NCBI GenBank assembly: GCA_009602725.1
Contig: WELB01000003.1
Location: 341,832-405,831, forward strand
Length of the DNA stretch: 64,000 nucleotides
From: Spirogloea muscicola
Taxonomy: Eukaryota
Direction of reading: 5' to 3'
A program made the translations under genes and the position numbers. Positions 30,370 through 47,963 of this stretch are shown piece by piece. Within the stretch, counting starts at the first letter, position 1. Each line of letters begins with the position of its first letter. Under the pieces are notes generated by a model. It worked only from the letters and a program-made list of their open reading frames with translations. It was not told where the DNA came from and made no database searches.

Positions 30370-33300
30370 TCAATTGAGGTAACCACGGCACCTGCTAGTG
30401 TGGAAAGAGAAGCACGGGTATCAGTTAATGACATGACATTTCAAACACATTGCTTAGTGCATGTTGAGGTACGCGCATGCTCATACCTGTTTGCCCCACA
30501 GTAGCACGGTATCTTGACTTCCTCCAGAGGAAACTTATAGTCATATGTCAGCTCCTCCAGTGCTGCAATGCATCGCTTGGAGTAGATGACGATCTTCTTC
30601 TGCCCCTCCACTGTGATGATTTTAGTGTAGCAGTTTGGCTGCTCAGACAAAAAACTCAGGCCCAGGTTAGAGAAATGCTTTACAGACCTTTCTGCTTATA
30701 AGTAGCTCATACTTGGGATGCAGTATAGTCAACCTGTGGCTTTCAAGGCCTGGCCTAGAAGTCCATACATTGGCAGTCTGGGAGAGTTTACCTCACAGGA
30801 GTGGTTAATAAACCGTGCTTGGCCCCCCAGTTGAGTTGCATCGACCTGAATATTGCCAGCAACTACATTCAGCCATATTGAACCGACAGCAGACAAGACG
30901 AGGCGTACTTTACATGAAAAGGAGCAAAGGAGTGCGCAACAAGTTCGTTCTGGCGCTCAAGCCTCTCTCCATTGACTGCTGATATGATATGGCAGACGCA
31001 CCACAAAGTCCTCGTCAACACGGAAAAGATAGCTGCTGCCAATGCCCAACCGCTCATATCGCCTCTCTCTGATGTCAGAGATCTGCAAGTGGAATGTTCA
31101 GGTTTACATTACTTTTGTCATTGTGAGATGGAGATAGCAAAGTTCACACATAAAGATTGCCCAGCAGTACCACAGGAAAGATGTGGGCTATACCGTTCGT
31201 CGAATGAGCTGGCCCGTGTACTCAATGACGAAGTCCTCAGCCTCGATGGACTCCATTGCAACAAGTCCCCATTGGTGGATTTTGCTCCGTTGCAGCTTGA
31301 GCTTCTTCCGACGAGCCTGGACCACATACAGATTGATGCAAGACTGAGACGATCTCCTCAGGCTCGGTAGTCCCCTGCAGGAAGCTTGAAGGAGGGCTGA
31401 GCACTGACCTTCAGCTGTCCCAACTTCATGATGTCCGAGCCTTCGGCTGCGACAGCCAGCTGCCGATGCTTCATGCGGTTGGACCGAGCGGAATGCCAGG
31501 CGAGGGGAGGGCCCATAAGCGCCACAGTATGGTGCCGGCAGGCTTCGCCTGCAAATCCCTCAAGGCCTACTCCTTGAGAGGTGGTGAGCCTGGCCGCCTG
31601 CTCGGTCAGCCGGTCAGCGAGGCTCTGTTGCCGCCAGTTCCACCCGTCAGAAGTTGCGCGCGAGCATGTGCCCTCTGCCTCTTGCTCCCGTTTCCTCCGC
31701 ACTTTCTTCAACAGTGGCCCTCGCCGAGGAGAAATGGATGGGGAAGGCAGAGGTGGAGGCTTCCATGCAAGCGCTTGGGCTACAAGCAGCTTCTCCAACT
31801 CCAGGGCCTTGCGCAGCGAGCGCACTTGATGTCCCAGGTGGGATTCAATCACCAACTTGGGTGGCCCACTGCATAGTCGAACGTGCGCGCTCTTCCACAT
31901 GTGCGACTGGAGGACCTGCAGGGAAGAACTTGCCATACAAACCAGAGAGCCTTAGTGTGCATCTCCTGCATGCCTACTGCTCATAAAGGATATGTCAGGC
32001 CTTGTTTCAGGTAAAGACTGCACACCTGAGTGAACACATAGTGCTCCATCTCTGCTGCAGATTTGAGTCCATGCCACCACTGCTTCTCCGTGTCATTTAC
32101 TTTGTCAGCTTGACTTTCAGTGTCAAGCGTGTCAAGCGGAACAACTACACAGTGTGGGGGCTCTTCTGCTGGGGAACAGAGCTCAGACAGTAATCTGTAC
32201 CGAGGCATGCCTGGATCGGTATCCTGTTCTATCAAGTTCTCACGCTCATCATCGGCTCCCTGCACATCTACCTGTACACTGGCCTGTTCTGGCAAGTCTA
32301 ATTTCGTCTCTTGGAGTCTGGTTACCAGATCGACTGTAAGACTAGCACCCTGCTGAGCGTCTGAACTGGCAGCCACTGCATCATGCTCTGGCGAACATTC
32401 TTGTTGCGCCACAGCATTGGCGGATGGAAGCACAGCTGCCTCATGGCTGTCCTCAACCTTAGCCTCCAGGTATTTGCACTCTGGAACCTGAAGGTTGGTG
32501 GCTTGAGCACTTGGGCTGAGCTGTAGGAAGGAGGTAGGAGTGCCATCCAAACCAAGGGAAAGCGGCTGGTCATCCAGTGGCAACATCACCTGACAATGCA
32601 CAGCTGCCTCCTGTACTTGAGAGCTAGGAGGCTGAGATGAATATTCCACTTCCACTACAACAAGCTGTGGTCCAAGAACAGCGGGGGTACTTCGAGTCAA
32701 GGGCTCATCGTCCAATGATGAATTTGACTCGTACTTCATAGTTGCAGCCTGTCCTTGACGAGGAGTTTGTGATGGTGAGTCCACCACATTGACATCAATA
32801 AGCTTTGCTTTGAAACCTGGAGGAAGATCCCAAGCTGTGGTATGATCCATGGGCAAAGCCATGCCAACATTCAGAGCTGGATCCTCGACTTCACAGGTAG
32901 AGGTCTGTGACGAGCTGTCTGAACTAGAAGAAGAAGTTTGTGACGAAATCGCGTCATCACATATCACTTCAGAAGCACTTTGATTAGCCCAAGCTGAGGC
33001 TTCCTCTGGGGTTGAAGTAGTATCACACTTTGGAGCTGCATGATCTGCCTGACAGGTGAAATCTTGCAACAGTGTCTCTGCAACCTGAGCACCAGTGAGC
33101 TGTGGCCCAAAAGCAGGAGGAGAACAACAAACTATGTCGGCCTGAGGGCCAAAACCTGGTGGATAGACTTGTTTCGAAGCTGAGCGGCCATGACAACCGT
33201 GCTGCTCTGCCAAATCTTCTCCTCCAACTTCCTTGTCCTCGTCTGCTGCTACTTGAAGCTCCTGTTGCTGCTGCTTTAGCTCCAGAAGCATCCGCCGTGC

Positions 33301-36300
33301 CTCAGCAAGCAATGGATCGAGGCTGCTTGGTAATTCTGCCTGCTGCCTTGAGGCCTCTTCCTTTGCAGCACCCTGCCAAAAGTAAAGCCAGGTGCACAGA
33401 TGGGAGGTGGGCTGTTGAGAGCCCAACCTCCTTGCAGAAGTAGCAAGTGCACCTTGCTTGAAGTAAAAGGGCAGTACACAGGTGGCAGAGGGAAGTCAAT
33501 TGTATACCTCTTGCAAGGAATTGCTTATAATTGGAGTCGCTGACGACTGCGTCCAGCCAGCAGAAAGCGGGTTTGCCAGCCAGCTACTCAGACTCTGTGC
33601 AATGGCAGCATCTAGCATGCGGCTTTGAAGGAAGCGTACGCTTGCTGCATGGAGGTGGCTGCGTACGGCTGCCAAAGCAGTGTGCATGCTTTGCATATGT
33701 GCATGACGGAGAGGCCCAGCCAGTTGCCCACTCTCGGCAGCTCTTATGAGCTGCTGAAGGGGCATCCCAGGTGTAAGTCCGCTGGCATGCCAGACCTGGC
33801 AGGAAGTGCAGCTCATAGTGCTCATGTAAGAGTGACTCACGACAGAGCTCATGCTTTCAAGCGAGGAAAGGTGCGTGGAAGGTCAAGAGTTGGTGGTCTA
33901 CCGGGGCATGCGGTGGAAGTTGGCCATGGTACAACCAATGGCGGAGATGCGTCAGCGAGAACGGCCCCACGTGCTCCCCGTGCACACCGTGGTACAGCCA
34001 GGCCACCTCCTCCCACATCTGCTCGGGTGGCAAGGCACTGTGTCCATCAGCTCACTTCAGGTTTACAAGACTGGCAGAGCAACAGACTGCTATGCTTCAG
34101 TTGCAAAACACTTGTCTGATGCTTGAGGAGAGTACTAGTAGACACTTACATCTGGGCAGCAAGCAACCCGAGCGAAAGCTCCTTGCGATGGCAAATGTCC
34201 ATTCCCCGATGCCAACATGCGCTTTGGTTGTGTTCCAGTGATCCCTGCAACAGCAGCTCCATGCTGCTCCTTTCCATACGGAGGGCCCTCACAAGGCTGT
34301 GAGCATGGCAATGGCGCCGCTGTTTTCGCTGGTTGCTGCCCATGCTGCACAGGCTCTTGGATACCCACCAATGAAGAGTGTTGGCCCTGACCTTTCTGCT
34401 TATCAGGCCCAGGTGGCACAGACCGTTTGCGAAGCACCAAAGCCAGCTGCAGAAGTAAGGGAGGCCCAACAGCACCATCCTTGACACGATGCACAGGTAG
34501 CTCCCCAGGTAGGAAGCCAGTGGCCAGACCCTGCTCAAGCTGGGCCAAGGGGTACGGCCCGCTCAACCTGCCATCCGCCCCAGCATACATCCACCCTTCT
34601 CCTTCCTCCTCTTGCCCGCTTGATTGCACGTGCCTGGGCAGGGCCGCATCCTCCACTTCCTCCTTGAGTGGCTTGTGTAGCCCGTTGGCAACTGTGTTGT
34701 TGAGCTCTGAAGCTGCACCCTCCTCAGAGCATGCAGCTTGTCTGCGACTCCTGAAAACAAAATGCCATCATCAGCATGCAGCAAATTGCACATGAGAAAC
34801 TGCCAAGTGCCTCACTGTTTGGGCTCTCCGTCTAGCGGCCAATATTGCTACAAGAATGGGAAGCAGGGTCAGGTCAGCATGCCTAGCACTAGCAGAACAT
34901 GAATGCTTCGTCTTCCTGAGTTTACCAGCCTTTGCCTAGACTAGGCTCTGCCAGCAGAACCACAAGAGAATGTTCACTGCTATTGCTGTCCCTGTCCTCA
35001 GAGAGCAGATGAGATAACAGCCTACTTGAGAAGCCAAGGAGACAACTGCTCTGTCATCCCGCAAAATTGTGCTCTTTGTACCTGACAGGCGAGGAGGCTG
35101 CTAATCGCTGCTGCTTTGTCAGTAAAGGTGGTCTCTCTTCAGCCACGGAAGCGCCAACGGCTGCAGTGCTTGAAGGAAGCAGGCTCTGTAAAAAGAACCA
35201 CATTGAGGCTTTGTGTGCCAGACCAGCGCTGTGTTGAAAGCCCGACGCTTATCATCGCAGTGCACAATTGCTGACTATTATGTGATAAGCTCCCGGCAGT
35301 GGACTATTCCAAAGGCTCAACCACTTGTGAACGACCAAAGACGCCAGAGTCAAGTAACATACACTGATCAACATGTACCTAGTATCAGCCACTAGGGCAC
35401 CTGCTTGCTAGACCTTTCGCTCAAAAACAGTAATAGCAAGCTAAACGAGCTCAACAGGAGTCCTAGTGCTGCACATCAGTGACAAGGACTGAGTTGGTGT
35501 TCTGGACCTTAGGTGTTTCCTGTGTGTTTTCAGCAATGCCAGCTGAAATATCCGAGCTGTGACTGGATGCATTTGAGTCCTTCACGGGGGAGGAATCAAA
35601 GATACGCCTTCTCTTGCTGCTCTGCAAGTTGCCAAGACCAGGAGACAAGAATATGAGCATCATCGTCAAACCCTAATTGTCGCCACAGGACAGGTGCAAA
35701 GCGCAGGGAGGTCACTGTAGCCAGTTTTGATAAGCACCAAGCGCTGAGGTAAATAGGTCCTGCGCATCATCGAGCTGTGAGGTAACGAGGCAGACTGCGC
35801 AATTGCCATCCAACCTGCAGGGCTGCTGCGGAGTGGCTAGCCTTGTGCAGTCCAGTCTCTAAGGAGGTCACGTGCATTACTCTTGCACCAGGCAGGAGGC
35901 CATAAGAGCCCATCCTCGGGACGTGCTCCCGGATTCACAGTTCTGCGCTCGGTCGACCATGGCATGCAAATGCCCTGAAGGAGGCCGCGTCCAGAGCCCA
36001 GCCGAAGCTCGCCAAGCACTGTGACCAAGGGGCCTCCAGCAGCGCCTGTCTTCTCGGCAGCGCAGCGGGCGCCCCGCTCGCACAAGGGGAGCCATCACCC
36101 TGTGCACAGCAACGGCGTCGCTCTCAAGCGGACGGACAAGCAGGCGGCAGACGTGCCGCAGCGCTGCCGAGGCAAGCGGGGAATGTGTTGGCGAGGGTGC
36201 AGTGCGGGGCGGTCTGGCCGTCTTCCTGTGGGCCAGGGGGCGCAGCGCCGCCGCATTGGCGGAGGCGAGGCGGGCGGGGGCGCGTCACCTGCGGCGGCGC

Positions 36301-36307
36301 GGGCCAT
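30370..36307 (-). CDS. ATXR7: ATXR7/SET1-like histone H3K4 methyltransferase (GYF-like plus SET/post-SET); 5' exon structure uncertain
   Basis: GYF-like [30 protein letters not shown] (34.5 kb), then [44 protein letters not shown] and ELTYDYKF...CYCGAN|RCRGYLN*. The start codon is only a best guess. Confidence 0.85.
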
Positions 36308-36569
36308 GGCGGGGCCGGAGGCGAGCGGCGGCGGTCGCCGGGGCGCAGGGGTGGCGACGGAGAGGAATGAGGGCGGAGGAATGGGGCGAGTGTGGAGGAG
36401 TGATGGAGGGCCTGAGTGGCCAAGTACGAAGGCAAGCCCTACTGACGGACAGCACATCGCCTGCTGCCCTAAACCCCAGACGCTGACCCGCTCAGTGACC
36501 ACGAGCTCGGCACGTAGAGGTGACCAATTACCAATCGGTGCCCCGATACCGGCCGTCTGCCGTTCTCAG

Positions 36570-36789
36570 CCTAAAGCCGGAGGCCGCAGCGAGAGCACGG
36601 CCAGCACGCAGATGCAAGGCGTGGGCCATGGACCGCTGGAGGGAGACGGACAAGCGCATACGATACACCTGAGCCCACGAGCCAGCGGCGTTGAAGTCAG
36701 CCGGCTCACCGCGCCTGCGGGACACAGCACACCGTGCAAGCCTGGCCAACAGGTCGAGCCAGTGGGATCCGAGAGCCCCATGCACGTCC
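36570..36789 (-). mobile_element. 3' fragment of a CRE-like retrotransposon ORF
   Basis: DVHGALGSHWLDLLARLAR...YRMRLSVSLQRSMAHALHLRAGRALAAASGF is nearly identical in DNA to 52770-52988. It starts at a single N (36790). Confidence 0.85.
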
Positions 36790-36825
36790 NGCAAGCGCGG
36801 CCAGATTAACTGGTGGCTGGGAGAG

Positions 36826-37050
36826 GCCAGCCCAAAAGAATGGACAAGGTCTGAAGGAGTCGGAGTGCTAAGGACTGAGACAGCAGTAAGCGAACTCTCA
36901 GTAACCTCTCGTCAGTAGATGCAAGTCTGAGTAGCTAGCAGGCGGAAAGACGTCGCCCTGACGGAAGCCGGAGGAACCTTGTCAATTCTTTTCGGGCTGG
37001 CTTCTCACAGCCCTTGCCCCCATTGGGAGAGCCACTTCTTCTTCTCAGCC
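36826..37050. repeat. Short inverted-repeat element (MITE-like or subterminal repeat) upstream of COX6B
   Basis: gccagcccaaaagaatggacaagg (from 36826) pairs with ccttgtcaattcttttcgggctggc (36977-37001). 36975-37050 also matches 52554-52628 in reverse orientation. Confidence 0.6.
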
Positions 37051-37124
37051 GCTCCTGCACGCCAGTAGCCGCTTGGTGCCTGCCCCTTCCCCTCCGCCCC
37101 GCAAGCTCGCGCGCCGCCGCCGCC

Positions 37125-38354
37125 ATGGGCAACTCCGTGGCGCGCTTGGAGGAGGCGCACGAGCCCCCCCCCGTACGTGCACCCACCCCATCCTCCGCCC
37201 CTCCCCCTTCCCCCTCTTCCCCACCTGGCCATGACTGACTGCGCCGGTCCTCGGTTGCCCCTCTGCCACCGCGGCAGGCCGAGCCCGCCCCGCCCGCTCC
37301 CCCTGCCAAACCCGACGGCCCCGACGCCAACGCCGACGCCGACGCCGATTTCGGCGCCGGCGCCGACGCCGACGCCGACGCGTCCGACGACAAGCCGGAC
37401 GCTTCTCTGCCCCCCGCCGAGCGTGGCTCTGATGAGGACGGGCTGACCAGCCCCCCGGCGGAGACGCACCCCGACAACGAGCCGGAGGGGGAGCCGGAGG
37501 CGGAGCCGGAGGCGGAGCAGGAGGAGCCCGAGGGCGGCGAGGAGGAGGAGGAGCCCAAGCACGTCATCTCGGTGAGGCGTGGTGCCGCACCTGGCCAGGC
37601 TACCCAGCTCAACGCCCGCCACTCCCCAGCTCTCGTCCTTGGTGTCTACGGGCGGCCTTGGTGGTCGTCGAGCATCCGCCTGGACTCGCAGCCGCCTGGG
37701 ATCCGCAGTTGCTCTCCTTGTCGCGAGCCGCAGCCCATGACCTTGTGACGTGGGGGATCATGCAGGTGGACGATGTGAAGACGGCGCCACACGACTTTCG
37801 CTTCCCCACGACCAACCAGGCCAAGCACTGCTACACTCGGTACAATGAGTACCACAAGTGAGCCGCTTTGCGCCGCTCTCTTGATGCGTCTGGCAGAGGG
37901 ATGGCTGCGCAGCTCCTACTAGCCTCCTCGTGGCCTGGTCCAGCCCCAGCTCAGTGTGGCCCCAGCTCAACCTGACTTACTGAGATGCCTGCTCATTGGC
38001 CTGGCACAGTATATCATCTCACGGGCCTTTGGATTGCTTGGTAGGTGCGCTACTGAGAAGGGTGAAGGGGCCCAGGAATGTGCAAAGTTTCAGAAGTACT
38101 ATCGCTCACTCTGCCCTGGAGACTGGGTGAGCACCCACAATCAGGGTCCTCATGACGAATATCAGAATCATTACCACCTCACCTAGCATCATCCTGTGGG
38201 CTGTGCCTCTGGGCTTCATTAAGCTACAGGTCTGCCTTTGCTAAGGACTGGGTGAAAGATGAGTGAAAGATGTTCCTCAAGTCATGTGGCCCTTCTGCAG
38301 GTCGACAAGTGGAACGAACAACGAGAGAATGGCACTTTCCCTGGTCGCTACTGA
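37125..38354 (+). CDS. COX6B: Cytochrome c oxidase subunit 6B with long acidic N-terminal extension, multi-exon
   Basis: KTAPHDFRFPTTNQAKHCYTRYNEYHK|CATEKGEGAQECAKFQKYYRSLCPGDW|VDKWNEQRENGTFPGRY*. Confidence 0.93.
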
Positions 38355-39021
38355 GTTCATGGTGTACAAAGCTGAACACACGCACGCAAGCTGCAACTCG
38401 TGTTGCAGCCACAGCCCGCCACTACGTCGACATCACGATGACATGGCCCTCTGACCATCACAAGAGTGGTGTTGTGTGCAGCTTCTGAAATGGCCATGAC
38501 TGTGCAAACAAAGGCAAAGCAAGGCAACATTGTGAAGTTGCAAGTAAAAAGACGCGTGCGAGCCCTGGCGTTGTGTAACAGGTGCCAGAAGTGCCTGTTT
38601 GTGAAGTGGCTCTCTTTGGTGACGGTGCTGTCAAGAAGATGCAGGAGTCATAAATTGCCAGCATTGCATCCTGCGTTGTCGGGTTTGAGCATTGAATAAG
38701 AAGGTCCTATATCTGTATGAAGTCGTAGATAAGATGCTGCAGGTACTTTGCAAGCTGAGGGGTTCGATGGTTGCAAAGCTTAAGTTGCCAATTCGGTAAG
38801 TGAACGTACAATGCAGAAAGTTTGGAAAGCTCAGTATAGTGACTGAGGGCTTGGTGGGGCATGTTGATTCTTTAGATGACTACAAGACTCCACCTTACAT
38901 TGCTACTTGAAAACCCTCACCCAAGAGCAACTTTCTCTGCATATTTCTATCTGCTACTCCCTTATACTACACTAGTGGCTGCCAGCACAGCATGCACCCA
39001 AGCTTCGAATGTCTACAAGGT

Positions 39022-42000
39022 TCAGCGCATGCGAAGACGATGTTTGTACCGGAACTCAGCTAGAAGAGCACAGTGGTCCGAGGACCACTCGGGCGAAGGC
39101 AGGGCAGTGTCCTTGCGCAGATTATCCTCCTCCAGTAGCTCAAGGAGACCCTCAACCACCAGAGAATCAGCTGTTCACAGCCAACATCGCAAATCAGGAC
39201 TGAAGGAGGCCGAATGAAGGGCTGTGTGCTTTTATCAGCCCTTTGTCAGATTACTTGAGTCTACCATGGAGCAGCGCTGTGTAGCCCATGCTCTATTGGC
39301 AAGAAGCAGCCACGCTTGAGCACCGATGGCCATTGCCCTGCTTTACCTGTGTAGAAAATGTAGTCCAGCGTTCCAAGGAAGTCTCTCGTGCAATTTGTGA
39401 AGAGTGGTTCACTGCTGCTTGGATCCATGAGGAGCCTTTGCCTCTCCACTGCTGGCCCCACTGGCATTTGCCGACCAAAAGCCGAGTACGCGCTCACCTG
39501 CATACTCCATCCACATGAGCTGCATGCCCGGCTGATCTGCTGATGACTCGAAGTCAAAGCACTTCAATGCATCACATTCTCCTTTGTCTGCCAAAAGTCC
39601 AACCCCTGACCTACGAGCAGAGGGTGACGAGACTGACCAGCGGAAGCTGATGGCAAAGCTTGGAAGGGGGTCGCAGTATGCCCAGTGGATCAGTAGCCAA
39701 CTCTGGATGGGAGGCATCCACTCGACCAGACGCCAGCAAGGAATGCGGAGCACTGTTGGCACAGCCCCAACTTAAGTCAAGCCATATATCTCAGACGCGA
39801 CAGAACTGGAGACATATATAGATGACAGTGTACTGGAGGGAGACAGCATTGAGTACATCTTACCTCCCTGGCACACTGTTGAAATCTCCAGCCACTAGCA
39901 TTGGAATATCGGCACTTGCTGCAATTTTCTCCAGCCCTTTGAGCAGCGTGTGTACCTGCCAAAGCTTGACGTCCTTCAACTCGGGATTTGCGTGGATGTG
40001 CGTGTTTGCCTGCAAAAGCACAGTTTGCAGCATGTCCATCAAGCCCGCAAGCACAAGCTGCATCCAGGATACCCCGTACTCTTGGTGGAACTTCAGCATA
40101 AATGGTACCAGTGCCGAAACACAAGCCTGTGAAGAGGCCCGACGAAGTTGCATACCACACACAGCAGTTGGCGCTTTCCACCAGCCGGCACGTCACTTGC
40201 GTCCACAGCATCTCTTGCTTCCAGCACAACAATCAACGCCACATTGTCCTGCATCAATCAAAGCATCAATTCACCTCCGTCACTACCTTTGCCATGTCAC
40301 AGCAGAAAAGAGCGTAAGATAGTCACTGGGCTGAAGAACAAACATTCAACGGGAGATTGAACTTAAGTGTCAAATAACACAGACTATGTTATTCAATGCA
40401 CACACATGCCGTGTCTGTGTAGTACCATTCTACAAATTATGATGGAGCCCGCTGTGTCCTGACTGCACCTCCAGCAGCACTTAGAGCAAGCACCGGCCTT
40501 GTGGCACAGTGAAGGCAGTAAACGCATGCTCGCATTCATGTCACATGCTGGCTAACCTTCAAGAGACGATTAAGCGCAGCCTTCTTTGACGCTATTGGCA
40601 CAAGTGCTTCACATAATGACAATGCTGCCTTGTTAAACTCCACCTGCACCATTGTACAGGCCGCAATGAGGACTCAATCATGGAACCAAGATCTTACGTC
40701 CCTACTTTCAATCACCTGCAGATTAAGCAGGGTCACAAACGAGCAGCAGATTGCACAGAATATACTCGCACCTCATACTTCTTCACCAATGAAAATCGGT
40801 CCCTTCTGAAGAACGTGGCGCAACCATCGATTGCATATGCAGTGCCAGTGTACACCTGGAAGCATCCAAACCGAATTTCGTCAACCTTAATCAGCTGAGA
40901 AAGCCCTGTGCAATTTGACAAGCTGAGGCTGAAAATTTGCGAGACTGTCCAAGTAACAGGTATGCTGAAGAGCAAGTGTACTAGCAAAGATTGCACTAGC
41001 CCGCCGAGTGACAAGCTCTGTTCAATGCTCTGGCAGCTTGCTCTGCGATGAGCCCTGAAGCGATCCCGAATCCTGAGTCAAGGTCTGCCAGTAGTCCTCA
41101 CCTCAGCAGTTTTCTTCTTGTACACGGCAGCATACCCGTGCTTTTCTAGCTCTGGGGCAAAGAACTCCTCGTAGTGATCACTTTGCACCTGCGCTTTTTG
41201 CAGACACCAAACCAGGGCCTTCAGAGGTACAGGCGTGCACCTTCAGGGAGAATGCAAGAGCTTTCGCGATTCAGTCATGTTGCAATCAGTTCTGCACGAG
41301 TTGGACAAGAGGTTCAGCCTCGACATGTATGACAATTCACAGGACACAGAAATTGACAGGGACACAGGAACTCCTGCAATGCAGGTAAGGAGGGCGGAGT
41401 ATGCCACCTCCTGGAGACACAGGATGTCGGCGTGGTAACCAATGAGCTCCCTGAGAAGGTTCTGACGTCGGTACGTCCAAGAGAGCGCCCAGGGGGGGCA
41501 GTAGCTGTACTGCTCATTTGTGGCATACAGGTCTGCCAGCACGTTGTAGGACAGCACTGTGAAGGTGCCAGCCGCTTCCACAGAGGCACCGTCCAGGCTG
41601 GGCACCGACACGATTCGCCGTGGGGTGGGCGAGGGCGCAGGGATGACCCGCGAGGTCAGGAGAGTGGAAGGGGTGGCCATGGCGTTGCCAGTGGCCACCT
41701 CCACGGGCGTGCACTCGAGCTTCAGCACGTGGCCCACGTCGTCGGCGCTGGGCGTGTACACCTTTCCCCGCCCCACCTCGTACCACGTCTCGCCATTGGC
41801 CTGCTGCACGCCCTCCGCAGCCCTGGGGGCCGGGGGCTGCGCGGCAGCGAAGCCCGCAGCCGCGCCGTTGCCATTGCTGCTGCCGACCAGGGCGGCGGCG
41901 CCGGTGCCGCTGCCAAAGCGGCCGAAGAGCTCATCGTCCTCGGCGCCGTTCTCGCGGCCGCCGTTGGCCAGGCCGCGCGCATGGAGGCTCTTGTGGTGGC

Positions 42001-42482
42001 GCCATGCAACGATGAAGCACTGGGGCGAGCAGTGGTAGCTCTTGGCCACGGGCAGCTTGGCCTTGACGCAGCCCAGGCACTGGAGCGTCGCCGGCTCCGA
42101 CGCGTGCACGCTGCACACGGCCACCTTCTTGTCGTTCTGGATGCGGTACCTGCCGCCAGGGGGAGATGGCCGCCAGCCGCAGAGAGAGAATTAGGTCTGC
42201 TGAGTGGCGCCTGCTGCCGGAAGGGGGAGGCGCAGGCGGGCGGCGTGAAGTTCAATCGCCGGGCGCAGCGGGCGGGCGGCGGCGGCGGAGGGGCGGGCGG
42301 AGCGGCGAGGGCGGGCGCGCGCACCAGCGGCAGCGGAGGTAGAAGCCGTCGGCGGGCGAGGCCTCGGGGATGTCGTCGGTGGTGATGGCGGAGTCGGGCT
42401 TGCGCAGCAGGACGTAGGGGATGAGCTCGCAGCCGGCGATGGGGATGTCGGACGGCAGGTGCACGCGCAGCACGCTAAGCAT
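39022..42482 (-). CDS. CCR4: Carbon catabolite repressor 4 homolog (CCR4a/b-type deadenylase), multi-exon
   Basis: MLSVLRVHLPSDIPIAGCELIPYVLLR, Zn-finger CSVH...CLGC...HCSPQC, FTVLSYNVLAD, ADILCLQE, VAGDFNS, GTLDYIFY and PEWSSDH. Confidence 0.95.
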
Positions 42483-42537
42483 GTCGGGGGCCCGCCGCCG
42501 CGGCCCGGCGGAGCGCCGGCGGCGGCGGCGGCGGCAG

Positions 42538-46786
<4,249 letters not shown>

Positions 46787-46790
<4 letters not shown>

Positions 46791-47963
46791 TCCGTGCCCA
46801 GCTGGATGGGCATTACGGAGGAGTTCTCCACCGCGACCTTTAAGCCAGCCTCCGAAAACACCCCCTGCATACCATCTCGCAGGAGATCGTGGGAAGCGGT
46901 CCGCTCGCCCCCGTGTGCGCAACGGAGCATGCGCAGCCAGCTCCGCAGGTTCAGCGTGACGGGCACCGCACTCGCACTGAGTGACGCCCACGAGGCAGGG
47001 AGGGAGGAGGCGCAAGAGCCGGTGGACCGCCGTCCTGGAGACCTTGTCGGGCATGATGAGCGCCGCGTGGAGTGGGAGCGCTGATAACCACGCCGCCGCC
47101 CCAGGGGAGGAGGCTGAGAGAAGCCGGGCGCGCCCGCGAAGGTCAGACGGAGGGAGAAGCGCCACCACCTGGTCAGAGGTCGCTTTTTCAACCAGCGCCG
47201 TGAAGCGTGCCTAGGCACGCATGTCAGGGGTGTGGGAGAGGTGAACGAAGGGGACGGCCTGCTCCGACATGTTGGGGTGGACCGCCAGGAGCCCGTCGCG
47301 GTCAGAGCGGAGGGCAACCTGAAAGGGCAGCTGACCGATCTCCACCTCAGCTGCAGCCCGCTCCAGGGCGCGCTGGCCGTGGACGAGGAACCTCTGGCAC
47401 ATGGGGGCTGCCACCTGAGCCCAGCTACCCATGTAGGCCGCCTCGCAAGCGCGGGCAACTGAGCGGCATCCCAAGCCGTCACGGCTGGTCGGCAGGCTAG
47501 CCTGCAGCAGCGCAGCTGGTGAGGTGAGGAACGCAGGGTGCTGCACGAGGGTGGCCGCAGACGACAGGATGCCGGAGTCAAAGGCCGTATACGCTGCCTT
47601 CACCGCAGACGGGGGGGGATGGTGCGGGCCAGATATTGTGGCCGCTGCGCAATGCACCGTGTCAGCATTGCGGTCGCCGGCTGCATGTCCTGCGGCGTGT
47701 GAAGACGGTCCGCCGGCCGGAGGTGTTCCTGCAGCCGCGCCTGCAGCTGCTCCGTCACAAAGGCAGGTGCGCCTAGGGGGACGCCGAGGAGGGTGAGGCC
47801 CCCGGCTGGTGTCTAGCAACCCTCGGGCAGGCGCAGGTGGGCTGGCAGGCCCTGAGGGGACCAGGCGCTGCATTTGTCCGCCCGAATGTCCAGGCCGATC
47901 ACGTTGGGTGGCAAAGGCAGCTGCGACATCCTCTGGCTTCCCCACCAGCGTGATGTCATCAGT
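46787..47963 (-). mobile_element. Inverted partial copy of the adjacent CRE-like element (YADD region to RLE start)
   Basis: The reverse complement matches ~45556-46745 with scattered substitutions and small indels. Confidence 0.92.

Noticed and set aside
31986..31996. ATATCCTT U12-type donor-like motif in the ATXR7 gene
   Set aside because: It lies just inside an intron that already has a normal CAG|GTGTGC donor, and no matching U12 branch or acceptor was identified.
35668..35676. Perfect telo-box AAACCCTAA
   Set aside because: It coincides with a probable minus-strand splice acceptor inside ATXR7, not a promoter.
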